Part shown: positions 21,077 to 43,730 of the stretch, in pieces
How the letters are laid out: every line of letters begins with the position of its first letter
Numbering within the stretch: position 1 is the stretch's first letter
Source of the DNA: the human T2T-CHM13v2.0 reference genome, Homo sapiens
Length of the DNA: 64,000 nt
Reading direction: 5' to 3'
Assembly (NCBI GenBank): GCA_009914755.4
Contig: CP068257.2
Coordinates: forward strand, 6,112,001 to 6,176,000
Translations under genes and position numbers: made by a program
Notes under the pieces: generated by a model
Told to the model about the DNA's origin: nothing
The model's database searches: none
Seen by the model: the letters and a program-made list of their open reading frames with translations, nothing else

Positions 21077-23447
21077 ATGACACATCTCTGAACTGATCAA
21101 AAGTGATGTAACTCTTGTCTAGACTCTGCCTACAGGGGCTTTGTGACATATCTCTGCACTGGTCACCCAGGGGATGGGACTTATGTCTAGGCTCTGCCTA
21201 TGGGAGCATTGTGACATATCTCTACACTGATCACCCAGGTGATGTAACTGTTGTGGTGGATCTGCCTATGGGGCATAGTGACATATCACTGCAATGATCA
21301 CCGAGGTGATGTAACTCTTATCCAGGTTCTACCTATAGGGGGCCTTGTGACATATATCTGCACTGATCCCATAGGTTATGTAACACTTGCTTACGCTCTG
21401 CCAGCAGGGGCATTGTGAAATATGTCAGCACTGATCACCCAGGTGATGGGACTCTTCTCTAGGCTCTGCCTACTGGGGGCATTGTCAAATATTTCTGCAC
21501 TAATAACCCAGGTAACGGACTCTTGCCTTGGATTTGCCTATGGGGGCATTGTGACATATCTCTGCACTGATCACCCAGGTGATGTAACTCTGGTCTAAGC
21601 TTTGCCTAAAGGGGCATTGTGACAGATCTCTGCACTGATCACTCAGGTGATGTAACTATTGTCTAGGCTCTGCTTAAAGGGGGCTTGTAACATATCTCTG
21701 CACTGATCACCCAGGTGATGTAACACTTGCCTGGGCTCTGCTTCCAGGGGGTGTTGTGACATATCTCTGCACTGATAACCAAAGTGATGTAACACTTGTG
21801 TAGGCTCTGCCTACAGGGGCATTTTGACATATCTCTGCACTGTTAACCTTGGTGATGTAACCCTTGTCTACGCTGTGACCACAGGGGGATTGAGACATAT
21901 CTCTGCACTGATCCCGAGGTGATCCAACTCTTGCCTGGTCTCTGCCTACTGGGGAAATTGTGGCATATCTCTGCACTGATCTCCCAGGTGCTGTAACTTT
22001 AGTCTAGGCTCTGGCTACACGGCATTGTGACATATCACTGCACTGATCACCCAGGTGATATAACTCTTGTCTAGGCTCTGCCTACAGGGGGCTTGTGACA
22101 TATCTTTGCATTGATCACCCAGATGATATAACTCTTCTCTAGGATGTGCCTACAGGGTGCTTTGTGACATATCCCTGCAATGATCACCCAGGTGATATAC
22201 CACTTGTCAAGGCTCTGCCTACAGGGGCATTGTGATGTATCTCTGCACTGATCACCTAGGTCATGTAACTCTTGTTTAGGCTTTACCTACAGGGGCGTTG
22301 TGACATATCTCTGCAGTGATCACGCAGGTGATGTAACTCTTGTCTATATCTGCCTACTGGCGGCATTGTGACATATTTCTGCATTGATCACATAGGTGAT
22401 GCAATCTTGTCTAAGATCTGACTATGGGAGAATAGTGAAATATTTCTGCACTGATCACTCATGTTATGTAACGCTTGTCTGAGCTGCGCCTAAAGGGGAA
22501 TTGTGACAGATATCTCCACTGATTACCCAGGTGAAGTAACAGTTTTCTGTGATTTGTCTACAGGGGGCTTTGTGACATGTCTTTGCTCTGATCACCCAGG
22601 AGATGTAACTCTTGTCTAGGATCGGCCTACAGGGGCTTTGTGTCATGTTTCTGCACTGATCACCCTGGGGAGGGAACTCTTGTCTACTCTCTGCCTACAG
22701 GAGGCTCTTTGACTTATACCTGCACTGATAACCTAGGTGATGTAACACTTGTCTAGGCACTGCCTACACGGGAATTCTCACATATCTCTGCACTGATCAC
22801 ACAGGTGATGTAACTCCTGTCTAGGTTCAGCCTATAGGAGTGTTTTGACATATCTCTGCACTGATCACCCAGGTGATGTAACCCTTCTCTAAGCTCTGCC
22901 TACAGGGTCATTGTGACAAATCTCTCCACTGCTAACCCAGGTGATGTAACAATTGTCTGGGCTATGCCTACTGGGGGTTTGTGATATACATTTACACTGA
23001 TCAAACAGGTGATGTAACCCTTGTCAAGGTTCTGTCTACAGGGGCTTTGTGACATATCTCTGCACTGATCACCCCAGGGAGGAAACACTTGTCTACACTC
23101 TGCCTAAAGGAGGCTTTACGACTTATCCCTTCACTGATCACTAGGTGATGTAACACTTGTCAAGGCTCTGTCTACACGGGAATTTTCACATATCTCTGCC
23201 CTGATCACCTAAGTGATGTTACCCTTGGCTAGGTTCAGGTTACTGGGGATTTCTGACATACCTATGCACTGATCACCGAGGTGATGTAAATCATTTCCAG
23301 GTTTTTTGTATAGGGGACATTGGGATATATCTCTGCACTGATCACCCAAATGATGCAAATCTTTTCTACCCTCCACAGGGAGGGGGCATTGTGACATATT
23401 TCTGAACAGATCATCCAGGAGATGTAACTATTCTCCAGGCTTTGACT
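21077..23447 (-). repeat. Beta-satellite array (-), about 35 monomers
   Basis: 68-bp periodic reverse-complement monomers; begins with the invariant unit-distal monomer series ctgaactgatcaa…gtgatgtaactcttgtctag. Confidence 0.9.
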
Positions 23448-24317
23448 AAAGAGCGTCGGAAGGTGTTGGGAGAGCCTCAGCCAGAATTTCACGGACGGAC
23501 AAGGGTACAGAGAGGCCAGCGGGTTCCATTGCAGGTCAGCCGGGGATTGCAATGAGTGCACCTCTAGACAGGCGTCCAGCAAACAGAGCTAGAGGTCTGC
23601 GTTCCCCCGCCGGGCGCTCCATGGTTTCAGCTGGGAGGCTGCAGGGGCACGGGCGGGCCGGCGACGGTGGCTTGGAGGCACAGAGGAGGCGAGCCGCTGG
23701 AAGGGTGTCTGGCCTGGACGCTGGGCGCCCCGGTGTTTCACGGGACTGGGGTCTCCACCCAGCCCAGGGAAGAACGCATTTTCCGGGGGTGGGTAGTGAG
23801 GGTGGGGAAGGTGTGCAAAGGCGGGGGTGGGGTGGAGGAAAGGCATGAGAGCTTTGCCTGGGCTGCTCCCACAGCCCAGGCGGCTGTCCCCAAACCCGAA
23901 CGTGTGCAGTAGGTAGCCCACCTGCTGGTACCTAGGCCGGCTCTGGGATCCCCTGGATTCCCAGGAAAGAATGACAGTTCTCTGCTGTGTGGAGTCTCTC
24001 ACCGGGCCTAGAACTACAAGACAGGAATCCCAGGCCGGTCAGCCCAGTGGTCGTGGCGGGGGGAAGACACTCCCCTCCATAGAGAGCCAGGTGTTCCCCG
24101 CGAAAGAGAGGCCACCGCCCTGCCCCGACCCGACCTCCTCCCAACCACGCGTCCTAAAGCTCCTCCAGCATAGCCCGGTATTACTCCACGCTGAGGAGTG
24201 CTTCCACCGAGGCGGCCTCTTCCAAGGCCTCCAGCTCCCCCAGGGCCTCCGGTTCTAGGAAATGTTGCACCTGCTGCAGAAACTCCGGGCTCGCCAGTAG
24301 CTCATCCAGCAGCAGTG
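23448..24317 (-). repeat. Truncated D4Z4/LSau-like unit 4 (3' flank plus the last ~54 DUX4-like codons) fused directly to beta-satellite
   Basis: The unit's 3' boundary (…ctccaggctttgac|taaagagcgtcggaagg) is intact. Homology to full units stops at …ctcatccagcagca|gtgcatcctgcagtgatcctgcagtgcaacctccagtgatcacgcaggtgatgtaac (about 24317-24345). Confidence 0.8.
24154..24317 (-). pseudogene. DUX4L: DUX4-like C-terminal fragment (copy 4)
   Basis: Reverse-complement translation …[51 protein letters not shown]; the 5' part of the gene is absent. Confidence 0.75.
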
Positions 24318-26712
24318 CATCCTGCAGTGATCCTGCAGTGCAACCTCCAGTGATCACGCAGGTGATGTAACTCTTGTCTATATCTGCCTACTGGCAGCAT
24401 TGTGGCATATTTCTGCACTGATCACCCAGGTGATGGACTCTTTTCTTGGATCTGCCTATGGGGGCATAGTGAATTATCTCTGCACTGAAGATCACCCGGG
24501 TTACGTAACTCTTGTCTAGGCTCTGCCTATGGTGGCATTGTGACTTACCTCTGCATTGATCACCCAGGAGATGAGACTCTTGTCTAAGCTCTGCCTAGAG
24601 GGACATTGGGACATATCACTGCTCTGATCGCTGAGGTGATGTAAAACTTGTCTAGGCTTTGCCTACAGGTGGCTTTGTGACATACCTTTGCACTGATCAC
24701 CCAGGTGATGTAACTCATCTACCTTCTGCCTACAGGAGCATTGTGACATATCTCTGCACTGATCAGTTAGGTGATGTAACACCTTTATAAGCACTGCCTG
24801 CAGGGAATTTTGACAAATCTCTGCACTGATCACCTAGGTGTTGTAACTCTTATCTACCCTCTGCCCAAAGGGGGCATTGTGAAATATCTCTGCACTGATC
24901 ACCCAGGTGATTCAACTCTTGACTAGAATCTGCCTACAAGGGGTATTTTGAAATATCTCTGCACTGATCAACTAGGTGATGTAACTGTTGTCTAGGCTCT
25001 GCCTACAGGGGCGTTTTCACATATCCCTGAACTGATGACTTAGGTGATGTAACTCTTGCCAAGGCTTTGCCTACAGGGGACATTGTGACATTTCTCTGCA
25101 CTAATCATCCAGGTGATGCAACTCTTCTCTATGCTCTGCCTACATGGGACATTGTGACATATCTCTGCCCTGATCACCCAGGTGATGTAACTCTTTTCTA
25201 GTCTCTGCCTACAGAGTGCGTTGTGACATCACTCTGCAGGAATCACCCAGGTTATGCAACGCTTGTCTAGGCTCTGCCTATGGGGGCATTGGGACTTATA
25301 TCTGCACGGATCACCCGTTTTATGTAACTCTTGTCTAGGCTCTGCCAATGGTGGCATTGTGACTTATCTCTGCACTGATCACCGAGGAGATGTGACTATT
25401 GACTAAGCTCTGAATAGAGGTACATTGGGACATATCTCTGCACTGATCGCTGAGGTGATATAAAACTTGTCTAGGCTTTGCCTATGGTTTGATTTATGAC
25501 ATATCTCTGCACTGATCACCCAGGTGATGTAACTCTTGTCTAGGCTCTCCTTACAGGGGGTATTGTGAGATATCTCTGCATTGATCACCCAGGTGATGTA
25601 ACTCTTGTCTAGGCTCTGTCTACAGGGATTTTTGTGTCATATCACTGCACTGATCACCTAGGTGAGGTAAGCCTTGTATGGGCTTTGACTACAAAAGGCT
25701 ATGTGACATATCTTTGAACCGATCTCTGAGGTGATGCAACTCTTGTCTAGGCGCTGCCTACACGGGACATTGGTACATTTCTCTGCACTTTTCACCCAGG
25801 TGGTGGACCCTTGTCTTAGATCTGCCTACATGGACATTGTGACACATCTCTGAACTGATCAACCAAGTGATGAAACTCTTGTCTAGGCTCTGTCTACATG
25901 GGCTTTGTGACACATCTCTGCACTGGTCATCCTGGGGAGGGAACTTTTGTCTATGCTTTGCCTACAGGAGGCTTTATGACTTATACCTGCACTGATAACC
26001 TAGCTGATGTAACACTTGTCTAGGCTCTGCCTACATGGGACTTCTCACATATCTCTGCACTGATCACCCAGGTGATGTAACTCCTGTCTAGGTTCAGACT
26101 ACAGGAGGGTTTTGACATATCTCTACACTGATCACCCAGGTGATGTAACCCTTGTGTAAGCTCTGCCTACAGGGTCATTTTGACCTATCTCTCCACTGCT
26201 GATCCAGGTGATGGAACAATTGTATGGGCTTTGCCTACAGGGGGCTTTGTGATATATATTTCCACTGATCAAACAGCCGATGGAACCTTTTTCAAGGTTT
26301 TGCTTACAGGGGCTTTGTGACATATCTCTGTACTGATCACCCCAGAGAGGAAACACTTGTCTACACTCTGCCTATAGGAGGTTTTACGACTTATCCCTGC
26401 ACTGATCACTAGGTGATGTAACACTTTTCTAGGTTCTGTCTACACGGGAATTTTCATGTATCTCTACACTGATCAGCTAAGTATTCTGACCCTTGTCTAG
26501 GTTCAGTCTACTGGGGATTTCTGATATACCTATGCACTGATCACCGAGGTGATGTAAATCATTTCCAGGCTTTTTGTACAGCAGACTTTGTGATGTATCT
26601 CTGTACTGATCACCCAAATGATGCAAATCTTCTCTAGGCTCTGCAGGGAGGGGTCATTGTGACATAATTCTGAACTGATCATCCAGTAGATGTAACAATT
26701 CTCCAGGCTTTG
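24318..26712 (-). repeat. Beta-satellite array (-), about 35 monomers (including about 28 bp of junction filler)
   Basis: 68-bp periodicity; length almost identical to the preceding block 21077-23447. Confidence 0.9.
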
Positions 26713-29486
<2,774 letters not shown>

Positions 29487-32400
29487 TGACACATCTCTGA
29501 ACTGATCAACAAAGTGATGTAACTCTTGTCTAGGCTCTGCCTACAGGGGCTTTGTGACATATCTCTGCACTGATCACCCAGGTGATGGGACTTTTGTCTA
29601 GGCTCTGCCTATGGGGGCATTGTGACATATCTCTACACTGATCACCCAGGTGATGTAACCCTTGTGTTGGATCTGCCTATGGGGCCATTGAGACACATTT
29701 CTGCACTGATCACCCAGGTGATTGGACTCTTGTCTAGGCTCCGTATATGGGAGCTTTGTGATATATCTCTGCACTGATCAACCAGGTGATGTAACGCTTG
29801 ACTAGGTTCTGCCTACGGGGCATAGTGACATATTATTGCATTGATCACTGACGTGATGTAACTCTTGTCCAGGCTCTGCCTATAGGGGGCCTTGTGACAT
29901 ATCTCTGCACTGATGATCTACGTGATGTAACTATTGCTTGCGCTCTGCCTGCAGGGGCATTGTGAAATATCTCTGCACTGATTACCCAGGTGATGGGACT
30001 CTTCTCTAGGCTCTGCCTACTGGGGGCATAGTCACATATTTCTGCACTGATCACCCAGGTGACGGACTTTTGTCTTGGATTTGCCTATGGGGGCGTTGTG
30101 ACATAGCTCTGCACTGATCACCCAGGTGATGTAACTCTGGTCTAAGCTCTGCCAAAAGGGGCATTGTGAAAGATCTCTGCAATGATCACTCAGGTGGTGT
30201 AACTATTGTCTGGGCTCTGCTGAAAGGGGCCTTGTCACATATCTCGGCACTCATCACCCAGGTGATGTAACTCTTGTCTAGGCTCTGCTTACAAGGAGTA
30301 TTGTGATATATCTCTGCACCAATCATCTAAGTGATGTAACAATTGTGTAGGCTCTGCCTACAAGGGCATTTTGACATATCCCTGCACTGTTAACCCTGTT
30401 AACCGAAGTGATGTAACTCTGGTCTAGGCTGTGCCCACAGGGGAATTGAGACATATCTCTGCACTGATCCCGAGGTGATCCAAATCTTGCCTGTTCTCTG
30501 CCTACTGGGAACATTGTGACATATCTCTGCACTGATCTATCATAGTGGTGTAACTTTAGTCTAGGCTCTGGCTACACGGCATTGTGACATATCACTGCAC
30601 TGATCACCCAGGTGATATAACCTTTGTCTAGGCTCTGCCAACAGGGGGCTTGTGACATATCTCTGCAGTGATCACCCAGGTGATATAACTCTTCTCTAGT
30701 ATCTGCCTACAGGATGCTTTGTGACATATCCCCGCAATGATCACCCAGGTGATATACCTCTTGTCAAGGCTCTGCCTACAGGGGCATTGCGATGTATCTC
30801 TGCACTAATCACCTAGGTCATGTTACTCTTGTCTAGGCTCTGCCTACAGTGGCATTGTGACATATCTCTGCACTGATCACCCAGGTGATGTAACTCTTTT
30901 CCAGGATCTGCCTAAAGGGTGCATTGTGACATATCCCTTCAATGATCACCCAGGTGATGTACCACTTTTCAAGGCTCTGCCTACAGGGACATTCCGATGT
31001 ATTTCTGCACTGATCACCTAGGTCATGTAACACTTGTCTGGGCTCCACCTACAGTGGCATTGTGATGTATCTCTGCACTGATCACCCAGGTGATGTAACT
31101 CTTGTCTAGGCTCTGCCTACAGTGGCATTTTGACATATGACTGCACTGATCACTGAGATGATGTAACTGTTTTATAGTCTTCGCCGACAGGGGGCATTGA
31201 GACATATCTCTGCACTGATCACCGAGGTGATGCAACTCTTGTCTGGGATCTGCTTATTGGGGGCATTGTGACTTGTCTCTGCCGTGATCACCCAGGTGAT
31301 GTAACTCTTGTCTAGGCTCTGCCTTCTGGAGACATTGTGACATATCTCCACACTGATCACCCAGGTGATGTCACTTTTGTCAAGGATACGTCTACGGGGC
31401 ATTGTGACAAGTCACTGCACTGCTCACACACCTGATGTAAATCTTGTCTAGGCTCTGGCTACAGGGGACTTGTGAGATATCTCTGCACACATCACCCAGG
31501 TGATATAACCTTTGTCTAGGCTCTGCCAAAAGGGGGCATTGTGACATAATTCTGCACTGATCACCCAGGTGATGGGACTCTTGTCTAGGCTCTGCCTACA
31601 GGGGAATTGTGACATATCTCTGCTCTGATCATCCAAGTGATGTAACACTTGTCTAGGGACTGCCTAAAGAGACTTTGTGACATAACTCTGCACTGATCAT
31701 CCAGGTGATGGGGCTTTTGTCTAGGCTCTGCCTAAGGGGGCATTGTGACATATTTCTGCACTGATCACCCAAGTGACAGACTCTTGTCTTGGATCTGCCT
31801 ATGGCGGCATTGTGACATATCACTGCACTGATCACCCAGGTGATGTAACTGTTGTATAAGCTCTGCCTACTGGGGAATTGTGAGAGATCTCGCCACTGAT
31901 CACCCAAGTGATGTAACTATTGTCAAGGATTGGCCTATAGGGGGTTTTGTGACATACCTTTGCACTGATCACCCAGGTGATGGACTCTTGTCTTGGATCT
32001 GCCTATGGGGGCATAGTGACATATCTCTGCACTGATCACTCATGTGATGTAAGGCTTTTCTAAGCTGCGCCTAAAGGGGAATTGTGACAGATATCTCCAC
32101 TGATCACCCAGGTGATGTAACAATTTTCTGGGATTTGTCTAAAGGGGGCTTTGTGACATGTCTTTGCACCGATCACCCTGGAGATGTAACTCTCGTCTAG
32201 GATCGGCCTACAGGGGCTTTGTGACATATTCCTACACTGATCACACAGGTGTTGTAACTCTTGTTTAGGCTCCACCTACAGGGGGTATCGTGACGTATCT
32301 CTGCATTGATCATCCAGGTGATGTAACTCTTGTCTAGACTCCACCTACAGGGGGTATTGTGACGTATCTCTGCACTGATCACCCAGGTGATGTAACATTT

Positions 32401-33163
32401 ATGTAGGCTCTGCCTACAGGGGCGTTTTGACATAGCTCTGCACAGATCACCTAAATTATGTAACTCTTGCTCACTCTCTGCCTACAGGGGGCATTGTGAA
32501 ATATCTCGGCACTGGTCACCCAGGTGATGGGACTCCTCTCTATACTCTGCCTAGAGGGGGATTTTTGACATATCTCTGCACTGATCTCCCAGGTGATGGA
32601 AATCTTGTCTAGGCTCTGTCTATGGGGGCATTGTATCTAATATCTGCACTTATCACCCAGGTGATGTAACTCTTGTCTAGGCTCTGTCTACAGGGATTTT
32701 TGTGACATATCACTGCTCTAATCACCTAGGTGATGTAAGCTTTGTATGGGCTTTGCCTACAGAAGGCTTTGTGATATATCTCTGCACTGATGTCTGAGGT
32801 GATGCAACTCTTGTCTAGGCACGGCCTCCAGGGGACATTGGTACATATCTCTGCACTGATCACCCAGGTGATGGACTCTTGTCTTATATTTGCCTACATG
32901 GACATTGTGACACATCTCTGAACTGATCAACCAAGTGATGAAACTCTTGTCTAGGCTCTGCCTACAGGGGCTTTGTGACTCATCTCTGCACTGATCACCC
33001 TGGGGAGGGAACTCTTGTCTACGGTCTGCCTACAGGAGTTTTCATGACTCATACCTGCACTGATAACCTAGGTGATGCAAATCTTCTCTAGGCTCTACAG
33101 GGAGGGGGCATTGTGACATATTTCTGAACGGATCATCCAGGAGATGTAACTATTCTCCAGGCT
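29487..33163 (-). repeat. Beta-satellite array (-), about 54 monomers
   Basis: 68-bp periodicity throughout. Confidence 0.9.
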
Positions 33164-35935
<2,772 letters not shown>

Positions 35936-38900
35936 TGACACATCTCTGAACTGATCAACAAAATGATGTAACTCTTCTCTAGGCTCTGCCTACAGGGGTT
36001 TTGTGACATATCTCTGCACTGATGTCCCAGGTGATGGGACTTTTTTCCAGGCTCTGCCTATGTGGGCATTGTGACATATCTCTACACTGATCATCCAGGT
36101 GATGTAACTATTGTGTTGGATCTGCCTATGGGGGCATTGTGACATACTTCTTCACTGATCAACCAGGTGATGGGACACTTGTCTACGCTCTGTGTATGTG
36201 GGCTTTGTGACATATCTCTGCACTGATCACCCATGTGATGTAACGCTTGACTAGACTCTGCCTACGGGGCATAGTGACATATCGCCGCATTGATCACTGA
36301 GGTGATGTAACTCTTGTCCAGGCTCTGCCCATAGGGGGCCTTGTGACATATCTCTGCACTGATTATCTTGGTGATGCAACTCTTTCTTACGCTCTGCCTG
36401 CAGGGGCATTGTGAAATATCTCTGCACTGATCACCCCGGTGATGCGACTTTTCTCCAGGCTCTGCCTGCTGGGGGCATTGTCACATATTTCCGCATTGAT
36501 CACCCAGGTGACGGACTCTTTTCTTGGATTTGCCTATGGGGGCATTGTGACATATCTCTGCACTGATCACCCAGGTGATATAACTCTGCTCTAAGCTCTG
36601 CCTAAAGGGGAATTGTGACAGATCTGTGCACTGATCACTCAGGTGATGCAAGTATTGTCGAGGCTCTGCTTAAAGGGGCCTTGTCACATATCTCTGCACT
36701 CATCACCCAGGTGATGTAACTCTTGTCTAGGCTCTGCTAACAGGGGGTATTGTGACATATCCCTGCACTGATCACCAAAGTGATGTAACACTTGTGTAGG
36801 CTCTGCCTACAGGGGCATTTTGACATATCTCTACACTGTTAACCGAGGTGATGTAACTCTTGTCTACGCTGTGCCCACAGGGGGATTGAGACATATCTCT
36901 GCACTGATCCCGAGGTGATCCAACTCTTGCCTGGTCTCTGCCTACTGGGGACATTGTGACATATCTCTGCACTGATCTCCAAGGTGCTGTAACTTTAGTC
37001 TAGGCTCTGGCTACATGGCATTGTGATATATCACTGCACTGATCACCCAGGTGATATAACACTTTTCTAGGCTCTGGCTACAGGGGCCTTGTGACATATC
37101 TCTGCACTGATCACCCAGGTGATATAACTCTTCTCTACGATCTGCCAACAGTGTGCTTTGTGATATATCCCTGCAATGATCACCCAGGTGATATACCACT
37201 TGTCAAGGCTCTGCCTACAGGGGCATTGCGATGTATCTCTTCACTGATCACCTGGGTCATGTAACTCTTGCCTGGGCTCTGCCTACAGTGGCATTGTGAC
37301 ATATCTCTGCACTGATCACCCAGGTGATGTAACTCTTTTCTAGGATATGCCTAAAGGGTGTTTTGGGACATATCACTGCAATGATCACCCAGATGATATA
37401 ACACTTGTCAAGGCTCTGCCTACAGGGACATTGTGAGGTATCTCTGTCCTGATAACCTACGTCGTGTAACACTTGTCTAGGCTCTGCCTACAGTGGCATT
37501 GTGACATATCTCTGCACTGATCATCTAAGTGATGTAACTCTTGTCTAGGATCTGTCTAAAGGGACTTTGTGACATAACTCTGCACTGATCATCCAGGTGA
37601 TTGGGCTTTTGTCTAGGCTCTGCCTTAGGGGGCATTGTGACGTATTTCTGCACTGATCACCCAGGTGACAGACTCTTGTCTTGGATCTGCCTATGGGGGC
37701 ATTGTGACATATCTCTGCACTGATCATCCAGGTGATGTAACTGTTGTATAAGCTCTGCCAACAGGGGAATTCTGATAGATCTCGCTACTGATCACCCAAG
37801 TGATGTAACTATTGTCTAGGCTTTGCCTACAGGGGGCTTTGAGACATAACTTTGCCCTGATAACCCAGGTGACGTAACTCATCTAAGTTCTGCCTACAGG
37901 AGCTTGTGACATTTTTCTGCACTGATCACTTAGGTGATGAAACACTTTTATAAGCACTGCCTACAGGGAATTTCGACAAATCTCTGCACTGATTACCTAG
38001 GTGATGTAACTCTTGTCTACCCTCTGCCGAAAGGGGGCATAGTGAAATATCTCTGCACTCATCACCCAGGTCATTCAACTCTTGTCTAGGATCCGCCTGC
38101 AGGGATTATTGTGAAATATCTCTGCACTGATCAACTGGGTGATGTAACTCTTGTCTAGGCTCTGCCTACAGGGGCGTTTTTACATATCCCTGAACTGATG
38201 ACAAAGGTGATGTAACCCTTCTCTAGGCTCTGCCAAAAGGGGCGTTTTGACATATGCCTGAACTGATGAAAAATGTGATTTGGCTCTTGCCTAGTCTTTG
38301 CCTACAGGGAACATTGTGACATATCTCTGCACTGATCACCCAGGTGATGTAACTCTTTTCTATTCTCTGCCTACAGAGGGCGTTGTGACATCATTCTGCA
38401 CAGATCACCCGGGTTATGTAACTCTTATCTAGGCTCTGACTATGGGGGCTTTGTGACTTATCTCTGCACTGATCACGCAGGAGATGTGACTCTTGTCTAA
38501 GCTCTGCCTTGAGAGACTTTGGGACATATCTCTGCAGTGATCACTGAGGTGATGTAAAACTTGTCTAGGCTTTGCCTACAGTGGGATTTATGACATATCT
38601 CTGCACTGATGACCCAGGTGGTGTAACTCTTGTCTAGGCTCTGCCTACAGGGGCATTTTAACATATCACTGCACTGATCACCGAGATGATGTAACTCTTG
38701 TATAGGCTTCGCTGACAGGGGGCATTGACACATATCTCTTCACTGATCACTGAGGTGATGCAACTCTTGTCTGGGATCAGCATACAGGGGGCATTGTGGC
38801 ATATCTCTGTCCTGATCACCCAGGTGATGTAACTCTTGTCTAGGCTCTGCCTAATGGAGACATTGTGACATATCTCCGCACTGATCAACCAGGTGATGTC

Positions 38901-40961
38901 AGTATTGTCAAGGATATGGCTGCAGGGACACTGTGACATGTCACTGCACTCATCACCCAACTGATGTAACACTTGTCTAGGCTCTGGCTACAGGGGGCTT
39001 GTGACACATCTCTTCACTGATCACCAGGTGAAGTAACCCTTGTCTAGGCTCTGCCTACAGGGGTATTGTGACATATCTCTGCAGTGATCACGCAGGTGAT
39101 GAAACTCTTGTCTATATCTGCCTTCTGGCGCCATTGAGACTTACTTCTGCACTTATCACCCAGGTGATGTACTCTTGTCTTGGATCTACCCATGGGGGCA
39201 TAGTGACATATCTCTGCACTGATCACTCATGTGATGTAACGCTTGACTAAGCTGCGCCTAAAAGGGGAATTGTGTCAGATATCTCCACTGATCACCCAGG
39301 TGATGTAACAATTTTCTGGGATTTGTCTACCGGGGGCTTTGTGACATATCTTTTCACTGATCACCCAGGAGATGTAACCCTTTTCTAGGCTCAGCCTACA
39401 GGGGCTTTGTGACATATTTCTGCACTGATCACCCAGGAGATGTAACTCTTGTTTAGGCTATGTCTACAGGGGCTTTGTGACATATTTCTGTAGTGAACAC
39501 CCAGGTGATGTAACTGTTGTCTAGGCTCCACCTACAGGGGGTATTGTGACGTATCTCTGCACTGATCACCCAGGTGATGTAACATTTACCTAAGCTCTGC
39601 CTACAGGGGCGTTTTGACATTGCTCTGCACAGATCACCTATGTTATTTAACTCTTGTCCACTCTCTGACTACAGGGGACATTATGAAATATCTCTGCACT
39701 GATCATCCAGGTGATGGGACTCTTCTCTATACTCTGCCTAGAGGGGGATTTGTGACATATCTCTGCACTGATCACCCAGGTGATGGAAGTCTTGTCTAGG
39801 CTCTCTCTATGGGGATACTGTGTCAAATATCTGCACTGATCACCCAGGTGATGTAACTCTTTTCTAGGATTTGTCTACAGAGATTTTTGTGACATATCAC
39901 TGCACTGATCACCTAGGTGATGTAATCATTGTATGGGCTTTGCCTACAGAAGGCTTTGTGACATATCTATGCACTGATCTCTGAGGTGATGCAACTCTTG
40001 TCTAGGCACTGCCTACAGAGGACATTGGTACATATCTCTGCACAGATCACCCAGGTGATGGACTCTAGATCTGCCTACATGGACATTGTGACACATCTCT
40101 GAACTGATCAACTAAGTGATGAAACACTTGTCTAGGCTCTGCCTGCAGGGGCTTTGTGACACATCTCTGCACTGATCACCCTGGGGTGGGATCTCTTGTC
40201 TATGCTCTGCCTACAGGAGGCTTTATGACTTATACCTGCACTGATAACCTAGGTGATGTAACACTTGTCCAGACTCTGCCTACACGGGAATTCCCAGATA
40301 TCTCTTCACTGATCACCCAGGTGATGTAACTCCTGTCTAGGGTCAGCCTACAGGAGGGTTTTGACATATCCCTGCACTGATCACCCAGGTGATGTAACAC
40401 TTGTCTAAGCTCTACCTACAGGGGCATTGAGACAGATCTATCCACTGCTCACCCAGGTGATGCAACAATTGTCTGGGCTTTTCCTACAGGGGCTTTGTGA
40501 TATATATTTCCACTGATCAAACAGGTGATGTAACCCTTGTCAAGGTTCTGCTTACTGGGGATTTGTGACATATCTCCTCACTGATCACCCCAGGGAGGAA
40601 ACACTTGTCTACACTCTGCCTACAGGAGGCTTTATGACTTATCCCTGCACGGATCAGTAGGTGATGTAACACTTGTCTAGGCTCTGTCTTCATAGGAATT
40701 TTCACATATCTCTACACTGATCACCTAAGTGATGTAACCCCTGTCTAGGTTCAGCCTACTGGGGATTTCTGACATACCTATGCACTGACCACCGAGGTGA
40801 TGTAAATCATTTCCAGGCTTTTTGTACAGGGGACATTGTGATATATCTCTGCACTGATCACCCAAATGATGCAAATCTTCTCTAGGCTCCGCAGGGAGGG
40901 GCATTGTGACATATTTCTTATCCGATCATCCAGGAGATATAACAATTCTCCAGTCTCTGAC
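35936..40961 (-). repeat. Beta-satellite array (-), about 74 monomers
   Basis: 68-bp periodicity throughout; no foreign insertions seen. Confidence 0.9.
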
Positions 40962-43730
<2,769 letters not shown>

